A stretch of DNA of 64,000 bases from Tagaea sp. (GTDB taxonomy: Bacteria > Pseudomonadota > Alphaproteobacteria > CACIAM-22H2), in NCBI GenBank assembly GCA_965279525.1, contig CBDIIB010000005.1, positions 288,001 to 352,000 of the forward strand. Reading direction: 5' to 3'. Each line of letters begins with the position of its first letter. The stretch's first letter is position 1. A program made the position numbers and the translations under genes. Under the pieces are notes generated by a model. It saw nothing but the letters and a program-made list of their open reading frames with translations. It was not told the origin of the DNA and ran no database searches. Shown in pieces: positions 1-13,731 of this stretch.

Positions 1-2145
<2,145 letters not shown>

Positions 2146-2245
2146 CTAGACCCGGACGACGCGCCGCGCAACGTCCTTGACCTTCCCTCGGGGGCAAGCC
2201 GTAGAGGGATTGTCAGCGAACAATCGAATTCGAGGAGAAACCGTC

Positions 2246-2668
2246 ATGATGCGCAAGATCGCCGCCGCCGCCGTCCTTGGAGCCGCCCTCGCCGGCGGCT
2301 TCGCGCTTGCCCAGCAGATGCCGAACATGCAGGGCATGCCGCACGGCCAGATGGGTCGCCCGGCCGCACCCGACGCGCATTCCGGCCACGGCACGCCGGC
2401 CCGGAATGCCGCCGATTCGGCCGCGACGCGCGCCTTCAAGGCGGCCAACGCGAAGATGCACAAGGACATGGACATCGTGTACAGCGGCAACGCCGACAAG
2501 GATTTCGTGGCCGGGATGATCCCGCATCACCAAGGTGCCGTCGAAATGGCGAAGGTCGTCCTCCAGCACGGCAAGGATCCCGAGATCCGGGCGCTGGCCG
2601 AAGGCGTGATCCGCGAGCAGGAGAAGGAAATCGCCCAGATGCGCGCCTGGCAGGCACGCAACCGCTGA
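2246..2668 (+). CDS. DUF305/CopM-like secreted metal-binding protein
   Basis: Signal peptide, Met/His-rich N-terminus, [16 protein letters not shown] motif; GAGGAG RBS upstream. Confidence 0.85.
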   Translation: MMRKIAAAAVLGAALAGGFALAQQMPNMQGMPHGQMGRPAAPDAHSGHGTPARNAADSAATRAFKAANAKMHKDMDIVYSGNADKDFVAGMIPHHQGAVEMAKVVLQHGKDPEIRALAEGVIREQEKEIAQMRAWQARNR

Positions 2669-2716
2669 GGCGCGCTAGAGTCGTCCATTCCGCGACTCGA
2701 AGCCGGAGTTCCTCCC

Positions 2717-3694
2717 ATGCGCGCCGCCGTCTATTCCGCCTTCGGCCCTGCCGCCGATGTCCTTTCCGTCGTCGAGTTGCCGACGCCCGAACCCGGTCCC
2801 GGCGAGGTGCGCGTGTGCCTTGCCACGTCGGGCGTCAATCCGTCCGACGTGAAGTCCCGAGCCGTCGCCACGCGCAACGCCGTCTACAAGCGGGTCATCC
2901 CGCACTCGGACGGCGCCGGAACGATCGACGCGGTGGGCGAAGGCGTGGACAAGGGCCGTATCGGCGCGCGCGTCTGGGTTTTCAACGCGCAATGGAAGCG
3001 CGCCGATGGGACGGCGGCGGAATATGTCTGCCTGCCTGCCGAGTTCGCGGTCGCGTTGCCGGCCAATGTCGATTTCGCGGTCGGGGCCTGTCTCGGCATT
3101 CCGGCATTGACCGCATGGCGCGCGGTCACGATGAACGGCGGCGTCGCCCGGCGCAGCGTTCTCGTCACCGGCGGGGCCGGCGGCGTTGGCCACTACGCGA
3201 TCCAGATGGCAAAGTACGAGGGCGCCAAGGTCTTCGCCACCGTCTCGTCGCCCGAAAAGGCGGAGATCGCGCGCGAGGCGGGTGCCGACGCCACGATCGA
3301 TTACCGATACGAGGATGTCGGTGCGCGCGCGCGCGAGCTGTCCGGCGGCGAAGGCGTGGACCGGGTGATCGAACTCGACATCGCCGGCAATGCAAAATCG
3401 AGCGTCGACGCGCTGAAACCCGGCGGCACGCTCGCCGTCTACGGCTCGAACAAGGCCGATTTCACGATGCCGTTCGGACCAATGATCGTGAAAAACGTCA
3501 CGGCCGCGTTCTTCATCGTCTACGAGCTTTCGCCCCCCCAGCGCCGCGAGGGTGCCGCCTGGATCAATTCGCGTCTCGCGATGGGCCATCTGAAGACCCG
3601 GATCGCAGCCCGCTTTCCGCTGGCCGAGATCGCGGCGGCGCACGTTGCCGTCGAAAGCGGCAAGACGGTCGGGAACGTCGTCCTCGACATCTGA
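2717..3694 (+). CDS. NADPH:quinone reductase (MDR superfamily)
   Basis: SGVNPSD, PHSDGAG and VLVTGGAGGVG motifs; 325 aa. Confidence 0.88.
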   Translation: MRAAVYSAFGPAADVLSVVELPTPEPGPGEVRVCLATSGVNPSDVKSRAVATRNAVYKRVIPHSDGAGTIDAVGEGVDKGRIGARVWVFNAQWKRADGTAAEYVCLPAEFAVALPANVDFAVGACLGIPALTAWRAVTMNGGVARRSVLVTGGAGGVGHYAIQMAKYEGAKVFATVSSPEKAEIAREAGADATIDYRYEDVGARARELSGGEGVDRVIELDIAGNAKSSVDALKPGGTLAVYGSNKADFTMPFGPMIVKNVTAAFFIVYELSPPQRREGAAWINSRLAMGHLKTRIAARFPLAEIAAAHVAVESGKTVGNVVLDI

Positions 3695-3738
3695 CGACGC
3701 GCGTTGAGCGTCGGCACCCTGCGGGCTAAGGTGCGCCC

Positions 3739-5943
3739 ATGCCGCTCCCCCGCCTTTCCGCCCCGCTGTCCGACGCGACGGTGAACCCCGCGCCTCCGCT
3801 GAGCGCCGATCCCGATGCGGCCCCGCCGCAGCGGCTCGAGGTCGTGTCCGATTTCAAGCCCGCCGGCGACCAGCCGGCGGCGATCGCCGAAATCACGCAA
3901 GGCCTGCTGCGCGGCGAAAAGGACCAGGTCCTGCTCGGTGTCACGGGTTCCGGCAAGACCTTCACGATGGCGCATGCGATCCAGAACCTGCAGCGCCCCG
4001 CCCTGATCCTCGCCCCCAACAAGACTCTCGCCGCCCAGCTCTACGGCGAGATGAAGCTGTTCTTTCCGAACAACGCGGTCGAGTATTTCGTCAGCTATTA
4101 CGACTATTACCAGCCCGAGGCGTACGTGCCGCGCTCGGACACGTATATCGAGAAGGAAAGCTCGGTCAACGAGCAGATCGACCGGATGCGCCATTCGGCG
4201 ACGCGCGCCCTGCTCGAGCGGCAGGACACGATCATCGTCGCGTCGGTGAGCTGCATCTACGGCATCGGCTCGGTCGAGACCTATTCGTCGATGACGCTGA
4301 AGCTGGCCGCAGGCCAGCGCATGGACCGCAACGAACTGCTGCGCGAGCTGGTAAAGCTCCAGTACAAGCGAAACGAGGTCGCCTTCCAGCGCGGCACGTT
4401 CCGCGCGCGCGGCGACGCGGTCGAGATCTTCCCGGCGCACTGCGAAGACCGCGCGTGGCGCGTGTCGATGTTCGGCGACGAGATCGAGGCGATCTGGGAG
4501 TTCGATCCGCTGACCGGCGAGAAGAAGGCCACGCTGGAATCGGCCAAGCTCTACGCCAATTCGCACTACGTCACGCCGCAGCCCACGCTCGATCAGGCGA
4601 TCTCGCAGATCAAGATCGAGCTCAAGTCGCGGCTGGCCGAGCTCAACGCGGCGGGCAAGCTGGTGGAAGCGCAGCGCCTGGAGCAGCGCACGACATTCGA
4701 CGTCGAGATGATGGCAGCGACCGGCAGCTGCGCCGGCATCGAGAACTATTCGCGCTTCCTGACCGGCCGCAAGCCGGGCGAACCGCCACCCACACTGTTC
4801 GAGTACCTGCCCAAGAATGCCGTGCTGATCTGCGACGAGAGTCACGTGATGGTTCCGCAAATCGGCGGCATGTACAAGGGCGACTACGCGCGCAAATCGA
4901 CGCTGTCGGAATACGGTTTCCGCTTGCCGTCCTGCATCGACAACCGCCCCCTCAAATTCGAGGAATGGGACGCGATGCGCCCGCAGACGGTGTTCGTGTC
5001 TGCCACGCCCGGCCCGTGGGAACTGGAACGCACCAAGGGCGTGTTCGTCGAGCAGGTCATCCGTCCCACCGGTCTTGTCGATCCGCCCTGCGAGATCCGC
5101 CCGACCGAGCGGCAGGTCGACGACCTGCTGGGAGAACTCAAGGCGCTCGCAAAGAGAGGCATGCGCGCACTGGTCACCACGCTGACCAAGCGCATGGCCG
5201 AGGACCTGACCGAATACCTGCACGAGAACGGCGTGCGCGTGCGCTACATGCACTCGGACGTCGAGACGCTCGAACGCATCGAGATCATCCGCGACCTGCG
5301 CCTTGGCGCCTTCGACGCGCTGATCGGCATCAACCTGCTGCGCGAGGGCCTCGACATCCCCGAATGCGGGCTAGTGGCGATCCTCGACGCCGACAAGGAG
5401 GGCTACCTGCGTTCGCGCACGTCGCTGATCCAGACGATCGGGCGCGCCGCGCGCAACGTCGACGGCCGCGTGATCCTCTACGCCGACAGGATGACCGATT
5501 CGATGAAGGCGGCACTGGCCGAAACCGACCGGCGACGGACCAAACAGGTCGCCTACAACACGGAACACGGCATCACGCCGGAATCGATCCGCAAGGGCAT
5601 CGGCGACATCCTGGGCAGCGTCTATGAGCGCGACCGCGTGACGGTCGGCACCGGCGACGACGGCACGCCCCATCTGGTGGGCCATAATCTGCGTGCCCAC
5701 ATTGCCGCCCTCGAAGGGCGCATGCGCGACGCGGCCGCCAATCTCGAATTCGAGGAAGCGGCACGCCTGCGCGACGAGATCAAGCGCCTCGAGGCGATGG
5801 AGATGGAACTGCCCGGCGCCCCCAACGGCAAGGGCGGCTACAACCCGACCGAAGGGGCTGCTCGCCCGCGCTCGACCGGTGGCGCCGTCAATTCGCGCAA
5901 GGGCCGCGCCCGGCGGCCCCCGCCGGGCGGTGCGCGCAAGTGA
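3739..5943 (+). CDS. uvrB: excinuclease ABC subunit B
   Basis: GVTGSGKT Walker [11 protein letters not shown] beta-hairpin, DESH, C-terminal UVR domain. Confidence 0.97.
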   Translation: MPLPRLSAPLSDATVNPAPPLSADPDAAPPQRLEVVSDFKPAGDQPAAIAEITQGLLRGEKDQVLLGVTGSGKTFTMAHAIQNLQRPALILAPNKTLAAQLYGEMKLFFPNNAVEYFVSYYDYYQPEAYVPRSDTYIEKESSVNEQIDRMRHSATRALLERQDTIIVASVSCIYGIGSVETYSSMTLKLAAGQRMDRNELLRELVKLQYKRNEVAFQRGTFRARGDAVEIFPAHCEDRAWRVSMFGDEIEAIWEFDPLTGEKKATLESAKLYANSHYVTPQPTLDQAISQIKIELKSRLAELNAAGKLVEAQRLEQRTTFDVEMMAATGSCAGIENYSRFLTGRKPGEPPPTLFEYLPKNAVLICDESHVMVPQIGGMYKGDYARKSTLSEYGFRLPSCIDNRPLKFEEWDAMRPQTVFVSATPGPWELERTKGVFVEQVIRPTGLVDPPCEIRPTERQVDDLLGELKALAKRGMRALVTTLTKRMAEDLTEYLHENGVRVRYMHSDVETLERIEIIRDLRLGAFDALIGINLLREGLDIPECGLVAILDADKEGYLRSRTSLIQTIGRAARNVDGRVILYADRMTDSMKAALAETDRRRTKQVAYNTEHGITPESIRKGIGDILGSVYERDRVTVGTGDDGTPHLVGHNLRAHIAALEGRMRDAAANLEFEEAARLRDEIKRLEAMEMELPGAPNGKGGYNPTEGAARPRSTGGAVNSRKGRARRPPPGGARK

Positions 5944-7139
5944 AGCCGATCTTCCTGCCGCTCGGCACGACGCTGGCGGTGCAGGTGCTGGCAAGCGGGG
6001 CAAGCCTGACCGCCGCAGTGCTGGCCCCGCTCATCAGCGCCGATCTGGGCGTGCCGGCGTCGAGCGTCGGTTTCTACGTGGCCTTGCTCTATGGGTCGGC
6101 GGCGGTGGCTGGCCTGGCGAGCGGCGGCATCATCGCGCGCTTCGGTCCGCTGCGAACGATGCAGAGCGGCCTCGTGTTCGGCGCCCTTGCCGCCCTGTCG
6201 CTTTCCCATGCCTCGCTGCCCGGTGCGATGCTCGCGGCATTGCTCGGCGGCTTCAGCCTGGGGCCGACGACGCCGGCCTCTTCGGCAATCCTCGCGCGCG
6301 CGACCGATCCTTCGAACCGCAACCTCGTCTTCTCGATAAAGCAGACGGGCGTGCCGGCCGGATTCATGGTCGCCGCCCTCGGTCTGCCGCAACTCGCCCT
6401 CGCGTTCGGCTGGCGGGGTGCGTGCCTGTGCGTGGCGGCACTGCTCGCCTTGGCCGCGATCGCGGTAACCCCGCTGCGTCCCCGCTTCGACGACCGGCGC
6501 GAAGGCTCCACGCTCTTCTCGCCGCGCGCCCAGCTCGTCGATCCGCTGGTGCGCGTCTGGCGACAGGTCGAGATGCGCAATATCTCGTTCGCGTCCTTCG
6601 CCTATTCGGGCCTGCAGGGATCGCTCGCGGGCTTCATGATCGTCTTCCTGCTGCACGACACCAAGCTCGACCTCGTCGCCGCCGCCGCGGTGCTGGCCTG
6701 CGCGCAGGCCGCCGGCATCGGGGGCCGTGTCGTCTGGGGGTTCGTCGCAGACCGGCTTGGCCGGCCGGGCACCGTGCTCGCCGCACTCGGCATCGCGATG
6801 GCGGGGTTCGCGGCCTTGATGGCGCTCGGTGCTTCGACGATGCCCTACGGCGTGCTGATTGCCGCCAGCATCGCGTTCGGCGGAACGGCGATGGCCTGGA
6901 ACGGCGTGTTCCTGGGCGAAGTGGCGCGCCTCGCCGCACCCGGACGCACCGGCGAGGCGACGGGTGCGACCGGCCTTTTCACGTTCGGCGGTGTCGCCAT
7001 CGTGCCTGGAATATTCACCACGATCGTTTTCGCGACCGACAGCTATGTCGCGGCCTATCTTCTTGCCGGTGCGCTGCCGGGGCTCGTGGGCATCGCGCTG
7101 TTGCGCGGGCGCACGCATGCGGGCATATCGGAACGATGA
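5940..7139 (+). CDS. MFS transporter
   Basis: 399 aa with many hydrophobic helices, [11 protein letters not shown] motif; coupled to the uvrB stop. Confidence 0.85.
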   Translation: MKPIFLPLGTTLAVQVLASGASLTAAVLAPLISADLGVPASSVGFYVALLYGSAAVAGLASGGIIARFGPLRTMQSGLVFGALAALSLSHASLPGAMLAALLGGFSLGPTTPASSAILARATDPSNRNLVFSIKQTGVPAGFMVAALGLPQLALAFGWRGACLCVAALLALAAIAVTPLRPRFDDRREGSTLFSPRAQLVDPLVRVWRQVEMRNISFASFAYSGLQGSLAGFMIVFLLHDTKLDLVAAAAVLACAQAAGIGGRVVWGFVADRLGRPGTVLAALGIAMAGFAALMALGASTMPYGVLIAASIAFGGTAMAWNGVFLGEVARLAAPGRTGEATGATGLFTFGGVAIVPGIFTTIVFATDSYVAAYLLAGALPGLVGIALLRGRTHAGISER

Positions 7140-7909
7140 ATCCTCCGCCTGCCCTTCCGCGCACGGCCCTCGTCACCGGCGGCGCCAGACGCCTGGGTGC
7201 CGCTCTCGTGCGTGCCCTTGCCGCCGACGGCTTCGCCGTCGCCATCCACTATCGCGAAAGCCGCGCCGAAGCAGAAGCGCTCGCCGCCGAGATCGTGGCC
7301 GCGGGCGGGCGGGCGACGGCATTGCATGCGGATTTGGCCGTCGAGGCATCCGTCCTGGAACTGGCGGCCGCCGCGAATGCCGCCTTCGGCCCGGTCGGAG
7401 TGCTCGTCAACAATGCCTCTGTCTTCGAACGCGACGAGGTGGAAAGCGCGACGCGCGCCAGCTGGGACGCGCATCTCGAAGTCAACCTGCGGGCACCTTT
7501 CGTGCTGGGCCAGTCGCTCGCGCGCAATCTTCCGGGCAATGCCGAGGGCGCGATCGTCAACCTGATCGACCAGCGCGTCTGGAACCTGACGCCGCACTTC
7601 ACCAGTTATACGGTCGCCAAGGCCGGCCTGTGGACGCTGACCCAGACGATGGCGCTGGCACTTGCGCCACGCATCCGCGTCAATGCGATCGGGCCGGGCC
7701 CGACCATCGCCAGCGCTCGGCAGGATCCGGCGCAGTTCGCCCGCCAGGTCGCAAGCGTGCCGCTGCAGCGCGGCCCCGCACTCGAAGAAGTGGCGCAAGC
7801 ACTTCGCTTCATCCTGTCCGCGCGCTCGATGACCGGCCAGATGCTGGCGCTCGACGGCGGCCAGCATCTCAACTGGGGTGCGCCCGGCCGGCACCAGCCG
7901 GAGGAATGA
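7136..7909 (+). CDS. SDR oxidoreductase (pteridine reductase/FolM-like)
   Basis: TGGARRLG, NNASVF, YxxxK (YTVAK), RVNAIGPG; adjacent to folB. Confidence 0.85.
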   Translation: MNPPPALPRTALVTGGARRLGAALVRALAADGFAVAIHYRESRAEAEALAAEIVAAGGRATALHADLAVEASVLELAAAANAAFGPVGVLVNNASVFERDEVESATRASWDAHLEVNLRAPFVLGQSLARNLPGNAEGAIVNLIDQRVWNLTPHFTSYTVAKAGLWTLTQTMALALAPRIRVNAIGPGPTIASARQDPAQFARQVASVPLQRGPALEEVAQALRFILSARSMTGQMLALDGGQHLNWGAPGRHQPEE

Positions 7910-8328
7910 ACCTGTCGACTCGCAAACCCCTGCCCGACAACGTCGTGCCGCTTGCGCCTGCGGACCGGCCGGTCCGCAAGATCCTGATCCGCGATCTGGT
8001 GCTGGCGACCGAGATCGGCGTGTTCCGCCGCGAGAAGGGAAAGCGCCAGCGCGTGCGCTTCAACATCGAGCTTGGCGTGATCGACCGGCCCCCGCGCCAG
8101 GACCGCAGGGCGGAAGTTGTCTGCTACGACCGGATCGTCGTCGGCCTGCGTGCGCTCGTTGCCGAGGGCCACGTGAACCTCGTCGAGACCCTTGCCGAGC
8201 GCGCGGCAAGCCTCTGTCTGGCGATCCCGTCGGCACTCTATGTGCGTGTTCGGATAGAGAAACTCGACGTCTACAAGGATGCCGCCGCCGTCGGCATCGA
8301 GATCGAACGGCACCGCGCGGCCCGCTAA
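7906..8328 (+). CDS. folB: dihydroneopterin aldolase
   Basis: IRDLVLATEIGV...QRVRFNI...NLVETLAE...VRIEK...VGIEI pattern. Confidence 0.85.
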   Translation: MNLSTRKPLPDNVVPLAPADRPVRKILIRDLVLATEIGVFRREKGKRQRVRFNIELGVIDRPPRQDRRAEVVCYDRIVVGLRALVAEGHVNLVETLAERAASLCLAIPSALYVRVRIEKLDVYKDAAAVGIEIERHRAAR

Positions 8329-8529
8329 ATCGCGCCAGTTGTGCACACGCCCGGTCCACTGTCGCAAAAATGGCGGAATTCTGCGGTTTCTTAAGAGAAT
8401 ATGAAGCCCATGTGACACAAGGGGATACCAAAAATATTGCGAATCAATAGATTATCGGAGTCTGCCTAAATCGCGGGCAAGATGGCCAAGATTGCGGTTA
8501 ATGCCCGATTCGACTGGGTCGGGACTCGG

Positions 8530-8564
8530 TTCTCCACAAAGTTATCCACAAGAATCGTGGATAG
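8530..8564. promoter_or_regulatory. cluster of three DnaA boxes upstream of uvrC
   Basis: TTCTCCACA (8530-8538), perfect TTATCCACA (8542-8550) and inverted CGTGGATAG (8556-8564). Confidence 0.7.
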
Positions 8565-8687
8565 TCAGCCGACCGATTTGGCGGGATGCCCCGTCCCGGG
8601 CACGACGGTGGCAGAAGCGCCACAGCGCCTCCGCAAGATTTGTAGTACTTGCCAGCATCGCACCGGAAGCTTTACGCAATTTCAGCC

Positions 8688-10598
8688 ATGAGCACGGCAG
8701 GCGACGACCAGAACTACGATCTCGATACGCCACCCGCCCTCGCTGCGGAGGGTGCCGGCGTCCTGCGGGCGGCGTTGCCGACGCTGCCGCTCACGCCAGG
8801 CGTCTACCGGATGCTCGATGCCAAAGGCGACGCGCTTTATGTCGGCAAGGCTCGTGCGCTCCGCAAACGCGTTGCCCAATACCTCCAGTTCGACCGGATG
8901 CCGAACCGCCTGCTGCGGATGGTGTCGGAAACGCGCCGGCTCGAGATCGTCACGACGCATACCGAGGTCGAGGCGCTGCTTCTCGAGAGCAATCTCATCA
9001 AGCGACTGATGCCGCGCTACAATGTGTTGCTGCGCGACGACAAGTCGTTTCCCTATATTGCGCTGATCGAAGACCATGACTTTGTCCAGGTCACCAAGCA
9101 TCGCGGCAGCCGCGATCGCAAAGGGCGGTATTTCGGGCCGTTCGCGTCCGCCGGTGCAGTCAACCAGACGCTGACGGCCATGCAGCGCGCATTCCTGCTG
9201 CGCTCCTGTTCCGACGCGATCTTCGGCGCGCGCACGCGCCCCTGCCTGCTCTTCCAGATCAAGCGCTGCTCGGCTCCGTGCGTGGGGCGCATCTCGAAGG
9301 ACGACTACGCGAAACTCGTCGACGAGGCGGTCGATTTCCTCGAAGGCCGCTCGCACGACGCGCAGGGCGAACTCGCGGCGAAGATGCAAGTTGCCGCCGA
9401 CGCAATGGATTTCGAGACGGCCGCGATGTATCGCGACCGCATCCGCGCGCTTACGGCCGTGCAGGCCCGACAGGACATCAATGTCGAGGGGCTTGGCGAC
9501 GCCGATATCGTCGCGATCCACGCCGAAGGCGGCCAGACCTGCATCCAGGTCTTCTTCTTCCGGGGCGGCCGCAACTACGGCAACCGCGCCTATTTCCCGC
9601 GCCACGACCGCAATCTGGCGACCGGCGAGGTGCTCGCCGCGTTCCTCGGCCAGTTCTATTCCGACAAGCCGTCGCCGCCGACCGTGGCGCTGTCCGAAGA
9701 CGTGCCCGAGCGCGACCTGCTGGAGCAAGCGCTGGGAACCCGCGCGGACAGGCGCGTGCGCATCCTCGTGCCCGAGCGCGGCGACAAGCGCAAACCCGTC
9801 GACCATGCACTTGCCAACGCACGCGAGGCGCTGGCCCGGCGGATGGCGGAAAGCGGCGCCCAGTCAAAGCTGCTTGATGGCGTCGCCGCCGCCTTCGGCC
9901 TTGAAGCACCCCCCAAGCGCATCGAGGTCTACGACAACAGCCATATCCAGGGGACCAACGCGATCGGCGGCATGATCGTCGCGGGGCCGGAAGGCTTCAT
10001 GAAGGCCCAGTACCGGAAATTCAACATCCGGGGCCCGGGCAAGTCCGATACGGGTGCCGGCGGCGACGACTACGCGATGATGCGCGAGGTCTTCGAGCGG
10101 CGCTTCTCGCGTGCGCTGCGCGAGGACGCGGGACGCGACGGCGGCACCTGGCCGGATCTCGTGCTCGTCGACGGCGGCCCCGGACAGCTGAGCTCGGTGA
10201 TGGGCGTGCTGGCCGAACTCGGCATCGACGATCTCAACGTCGTCGGGATCGCCAAGGGGCCGGACCGCGATGCCGGGCGCGAGCGGTTTTTCATGCCCGG
10301 GCGCGAGCCGTTCCAGCTCGAACCGCGCGACCCCGTCCTTTACTACCTGCAGCGCCTTCGCGACGAGGCACACCGCTTCGCCATCGGCGGCCACCGTGCG
10401 CGGCGCAGCAAGGGGCTGGAAAAATCGGCGCTCGACGAAGTTCCGGGCATCGGCCCGCGCCGAAAGAAGGCGCTTTTGCTGCATTTCGGGTCCGCTGCGG
10501 CAGCCAAGCGCGCCGGACTGGCCGATCTCGAGGCCGTCGAAGGCGTCGGCAAGGCCGCAGCCAAAAAAATCTATGACCACTTCCACGGCGGCGGGTAA
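8688..10598 (+). CDS. uvrC: excinuclease ABC subunit C
   Basis: GIY-YIG domain (PGVYRM...LYVGKA), [26 protein letters not shown]-terminal HhH. Confidence 0.97.
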   Translation: MSTAGDDQNYDLDTPPALAAEGAGVLRAALPTLPLTPGVYRMLDAKGDALYVGKARALRKRVAQYLQFDRMPNRLLRMVSETRRLEIVTTHTEVEALLLESNLIKRLMPRYNVLLRDDKSFPYIALIEDHDFVQVTKHRGSRDRKGRYFGPFASAGAVNQTLTAMQRAFLLRSCSDAIFGARTRPCLLFQIKRCSAPCVGRISKDDYAKLVDEAVDFLEGRSHDAQGELAAKMQVAADAMDFETAAMYRDRIRALTAVQARQDINVEGLGDADIVAIHAEGGQTCIQVFFFRGGRNYGNRAYFPRHDRNLATGEVLAAFLGQFYSDKPSPPTVALSEDVPERDLLEQALGTRADRRVRILVPERGDKRKPVDHALANAREALARRMAESGAQSKLLDGVAAAFGLEAPPKRIEVYDNSHIQGTNAIGGMIVAGPEGFMKAQYRKFNIRGPGKSDTGAGGDDYAMMREVFERRFSRALREDAGRDGGTWPDLVLVDGGPGQLSSVMGVLAELGIDDLNVVGIAKGPDRDAGRERFFMPGREPFQLEPRDPVLYYLQRLRDEAHRFAIGGHRARRSKGLEKSALDEVPGIGPRRKKALLLHFGSAAAAKRAGLADLEAVEGVGKAAAKKIYDHFHGGG

Positions 10599-10639
10599 AA
10601 TCGCGCGCGCACCCGACCTGAACCCAAAGCCGGTCCCCC

Positions 10640-11266
10640 ATGGGCTTTTCCCTCCCGATGTGGCTCACGCTGAGCCGTATTGTCGCAATCCCGGTCATCG
10701 TTGCCCTTTTCTGGCTGGAGGGCGACGAATGGCGCTATGTCGCGTGTGCGGTCTATGCAGTTGCCGCCGTGACCGACTGGCTCGACGGCTATCTCGCGCG
10801 CGCGTGGGCACAGCAATCGAAGCTCGGCCGCATCTTCGATCCCATCGCCGACAAACTGCTCGTTTCCGCCACGATCCTGATGCTTGTCGCGTTTGGCCGT
10901 GTCGCCGGCTTTTCGGTGCTTGCGGCCCTCGTGATCCTGCTGCGCGAAGTCCTGGTCTCGGGCCTGCGCGAGTTCCTTGCGGAGATCCGGGTCGGCCTGC
11001 CGGTTTCCAAGCTCGCCAAGTGGAAGACCGGGATCCAGATGGGCGCCCTCGGGATCCTGATCGTCGGCGATGCCGGGCCGACAGCGTTCCTGCCTGTCAC
11101 GGTTCTCGGAGAGTTGGGCCTATGGATCGCGGCGGCACTGACGCTCTACACCGGCTACGACTATCTCGCGACCGGGCTCAAGCATGTCGACGAGGAGGAT
11201 GAGCCCGCCGTTGCCCCGACCGCGCCGCCGCCCGCGACAGCCGACGCCGCCCGCCGCTCGGCCTGA
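10640..11266 (+). CDS. pgsA: CDP-diacylglycerol--glycerol-3-phosphate 3-phosphatidyltransferase
   Basis: TDWLDGYLAR...GRIFDPIADK motif; follows uvrC. Confidence 0.93.
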   Translation: MGFSLPMWLTLSRIVAIPVIVALFWLEGDEWRYVACAVYAVAAVTDWLDGYLARAWAQQSKLGRIFDPIADKLLVSATILMLVAFGRVAGFSVLAALVILLREVLVSGLREFLAEIRVGLPVSKLAKWKTGIQMGALGILIVGDAGPTAFLPVTVLGELGLWIAAALTLYTGYDYLATGLKHVDEEDEPAVAPTAPPPATADAARRSA

Positions 11267-11778
11267 TGGCCATGCGTGTTTTCGGGTTGGCAGGCTGGAG
11301 CGGCAGCGGCAAGACGACACTGGTCGTGAAGCTGATCCCCGAACTCGTCCGGCGCGGCATCAGCGTGTCGACGATCAAGCACGCGCATCATGCGTTCGAC
11401 GTCGATCAGCCCGGCAAGGACAGTTTCGAGCATCGTCAGGCGGGTGCCAGCGAAGTGCTTGTCGCGTCGGCGAACCGGTTCGCGCTGATGCGCGAGCATC
11501 GCGGCGCACCGGAGCCGGGGCTCGAGGCGTTGCTGGCACGTCTGGCACCCGTCGACCTCGTGCTGGTCGAAGGCTTCAAGCGCGACCACCACGACAAGCT
11601 CGAGATCCATCGGCCGTCGCTCGGCAAGCCGCTGCTGGCCAATGAAGATCCGCACATCGTCGCGGTCGCCAGCGACGCGCCGGTCGCCGGCCTGCGCGTA
11701 CCGCTGCTCGCCCTTGGTGACATCCCGGCGATCGCCGAATTCGTGCTGGCCCGCACGCGACTGGCCGGAGCCGCCTGA
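11266..11778 (+). CDS. mobB: molybdopterin-guanine dinucleotide biosynthesis protein B
   Basis: GWSGSGKTT, IKHAHH, PGKDS, VLVEGFK. Confidence 0.93.
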   Translation: MAMRVFGLAGWSGSGKTTLVVKLIPELVRRGISVSTIKHAHHAFDVDQPGKDSFEHRQAGASEVLVASANRFALMREHRGAPEPGLEALLARLAPVDLVLVEGFKRDHHDKLEIHRPSLGKPLLANEDPHIVAVASDAPVAGLRVPLLALGDIPAIAEFVLARTRLAGAA

Positions 11779-13034
11779 TGGCGCAGTTGTCGAACGACTG
11801 CTTTGCGTTCGGCGGAGAACTGATGCGGGCCGACGAGGCGCTGTCGATCCTCGCCGCACGCGCAATGCCGGTCGCGGGCATCGAACCGGCCAGTTTGCGA
11901 CAGGCCACGGGCCGCATCCTTGCCGAGGACATCGTCGCCGCCCGCAGCGTGCCGCCGCACGACAACGCGGCCGTCGACGGCTACGCCGTCCATTTCGACG
12001 ATCTGGTACCCGACGGCGAGACGCGCCTGCCGGTGCGCGGTCGCGCTGCGGCAGGGCACCCGATGGAAGGCCCTCAGCCGCGCGCAACGGCCGCACGTGT
12101 CTTCACGGGCGCGCTGATGCCCCAAGGCTCCGATACCGTTTTCATGCAGGAAGACGTCCGTATCGACGGCGCGTTCGCGATCCTGCCGCCCGGCCAGAAG
12201 CGCGGTGCGAACCGCCGCAAGGCCGGCGAGGACATCGCGGCGGGCAAGACCGTGCTTGCCGCCGGCCAGCGCCTGCGCGCACAGGATGTCGGACTCATCG
12301 CGTCGCTCGGCATCGTCGAGATCGCGGTGCGCGCCAGGCTGCGCGTTGCCGTCTTCTCGACCGGCGACGAACTGCGCGAGCCCGGCGCCGACGCGCCGCC
12401 AGGTTCAGTCTACGACGCCAACCGCTTCGCGCTGATGGCGCTGCTGGAGAAGGCCGGCTGCCAGGTCACCGATCTCGGCATCCTCGCCGACCGACGCGAC
12501 GTGGTTTCGGCTGCCCTCGCCGACGCTGCCGCCGCCCACGACGCGATCGTCACTTCCGGGGGCATGTCGACGGGAGACGAGGACCATGTCCGCGCCGCAG
12601 TCGAAGCCAACGGCAAGATCCATTTCTGGCGACTGGCGATCCGGCCCGGCCGGCCCGTCGCCTTCGGCACGATCGCAGGCAAGGCGTTTGTCGGGCTTCC
12701 GGGAAACCCGGTCGCGATGATGGTGACCTTCCTGCGTTTTGCCCGGCCTGTCCTGCTGCGCCTCTCGGGCGCTGCCGATATCGCCCCGCTCTCGTTCCGC
12801 GTGCGGACCGGCTTCGACATCCGCAAGAAGGAAGGACGGCGCGAATGGCTGCGCGCGCGCCTGACGGTCGACACCGACGGGATGCAGCTTGCGCGCCGTT
12901 TTCCGCGCGACGGAGCGGGCATCCTCACGTCGCTTGTCGAATCCGACGGACTCGTCGAGCTTGCGGAAAACGTGACGGACCTGCCGGCCGGTGCGATGGT
13001 CGACTTCCTGCCCTATTCGGAGCTCGTGTCGTGA
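11778..13034 (+). CDS. moeA: molybdopterin molybdotransferase
   Basis: DNAAVDGYA, STGDEL, TSGGMSTG, GLPGNPV. Confidence 0.93.
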   Translation: MAQLSNDCFAFGGELMRADEALSILAARAMPVAGIEPASLRQATGRILAEDIVAARSVPPHDNAAVDGYAVHFDDLVPDGETRLPVRGRAAAGHPMEGPQPRATAARVFTGALMPQGSDTVFMQEDVRIDGAFAILPPGQKRGANRRKAGEDIAAGKTVLAAGQRLRAQDVGLIASLGIVEIAVRARLRVAVFSTGDELREPGADAPPGSVYDANRFALMALLEKAGCQVTDLGILADRRDVVSAALADAAAAHDAIVTSGGMSTGDEDHVRAAVEANGKIHFWRLAIRPGRPVAFGTIAGKAFVGLPGNPVAMMVTFLRFARPVLLRLSGAADIAPLSFRVRTGFDIRKKEGRREWLRARLTVDTDGMQLARRFPRDGAGILTSLVESDGLVELAENVTDLPAGAMVDFLPYSELVS

Positions 13035-13282
13035 AGGTCCTCTGGTTTGCATGGCTGCGTACGCGCGTGGGTACGGGTGCGGAGGAGATCGATCCGCCGT
13101 CGGCGGTCGACGACGTGGCCAAGCTGCTCGACTGGCTTGCCGCACGTTCGCCCGGGCACGCCGAGGCGCTGGCCAAGCGCGCGGTGGTGCGCGTGGCGGT
13201 CAACCAGGAATACGTGAAACTCGACCACCCCGTGAAAAAGGGCGACGAGATCGCGATCTTCCCGCCGGTGACGGGAGGCTAG
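13031..13282 (+). CDS. moaD: molybdopterin synthase sulfur carrier subunit
   Basis: GTG start; ends GDEIAIFPPVTGG. Confidence 0.92.
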   Translation: MKVLWFAWLRTRVGTGAEEIDPPSAVDDVAKLLDWLAARSPGHAEALAKRAVVRVAVNQEYVKLDHPVKKGDEIAIFPPVTGG

Positions 13283-13284
13283 GC

Positions 13285-13731
13285 ATGGCCGTGCGCGTGC
13301 AACGCGAGGATTTCGATGTGGGCGCCGAACTCGCGGCGCTGACCGCCGGGCGCACCGACATCGGCGCGCTGACGAGCTTCGTCGGCCTCGTGCGCGACAT
13401 CGGCGGCGGCGCCATGACGCTCGAACACTATCCGGGCATGACCGAAAAGGAGCTTGCTGCGGTCGAGCGCGAAGCCAACGCGCGCTGGAAACTGTCGACT
13501 ACGCTGATCGTCCACCGCTATGGGCGACTCGATCCGGGCGACCGGATCGTTCTTTGTGCTGCCGCTTCGCCGCACCGGGAAGCCGCGTTCGAGGCCTGCC
13601 ATTTCCTGATCGACTGGCTCAAGACGAGAGCACCTTTCTGGAAGCTCGAGGAAACGCCGGAAGGCCCGCAGTGGGTCGAGGCGAAGGCCGACGACGACGC
13701 GGCGGCCGAACGATGGAAGGACCGCAGATGA
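13285..13731 (+). CDS. moaE: molybdopterin synthase catalytic subunit
   Basis: LEHYPGMT, HRYGRL, HREAAF, KTRAPFWKLE. Confidence 0.93.
   Translation: MAVRVQREDFDVGAELAALTAGRTDIGALTSFVGLVRDIGGGAMTLEHYPGMTEKELAAVEREANARWKLSTTLIVHRYGRLDPGDRIVLCAAASPHREAAFEACHFLIDWLKTRAPFWKLEETPEGPQWVEAKADDDAAAERWKDRR

Noticed and set aside
8688-13731. uvrC-pgsA-mobB-moeA-moaD-moaE linkage as a novel operon
   Set aside because: uvrC-pgsA-moaD-moaE synteny is common in Alphaproteobacteria.
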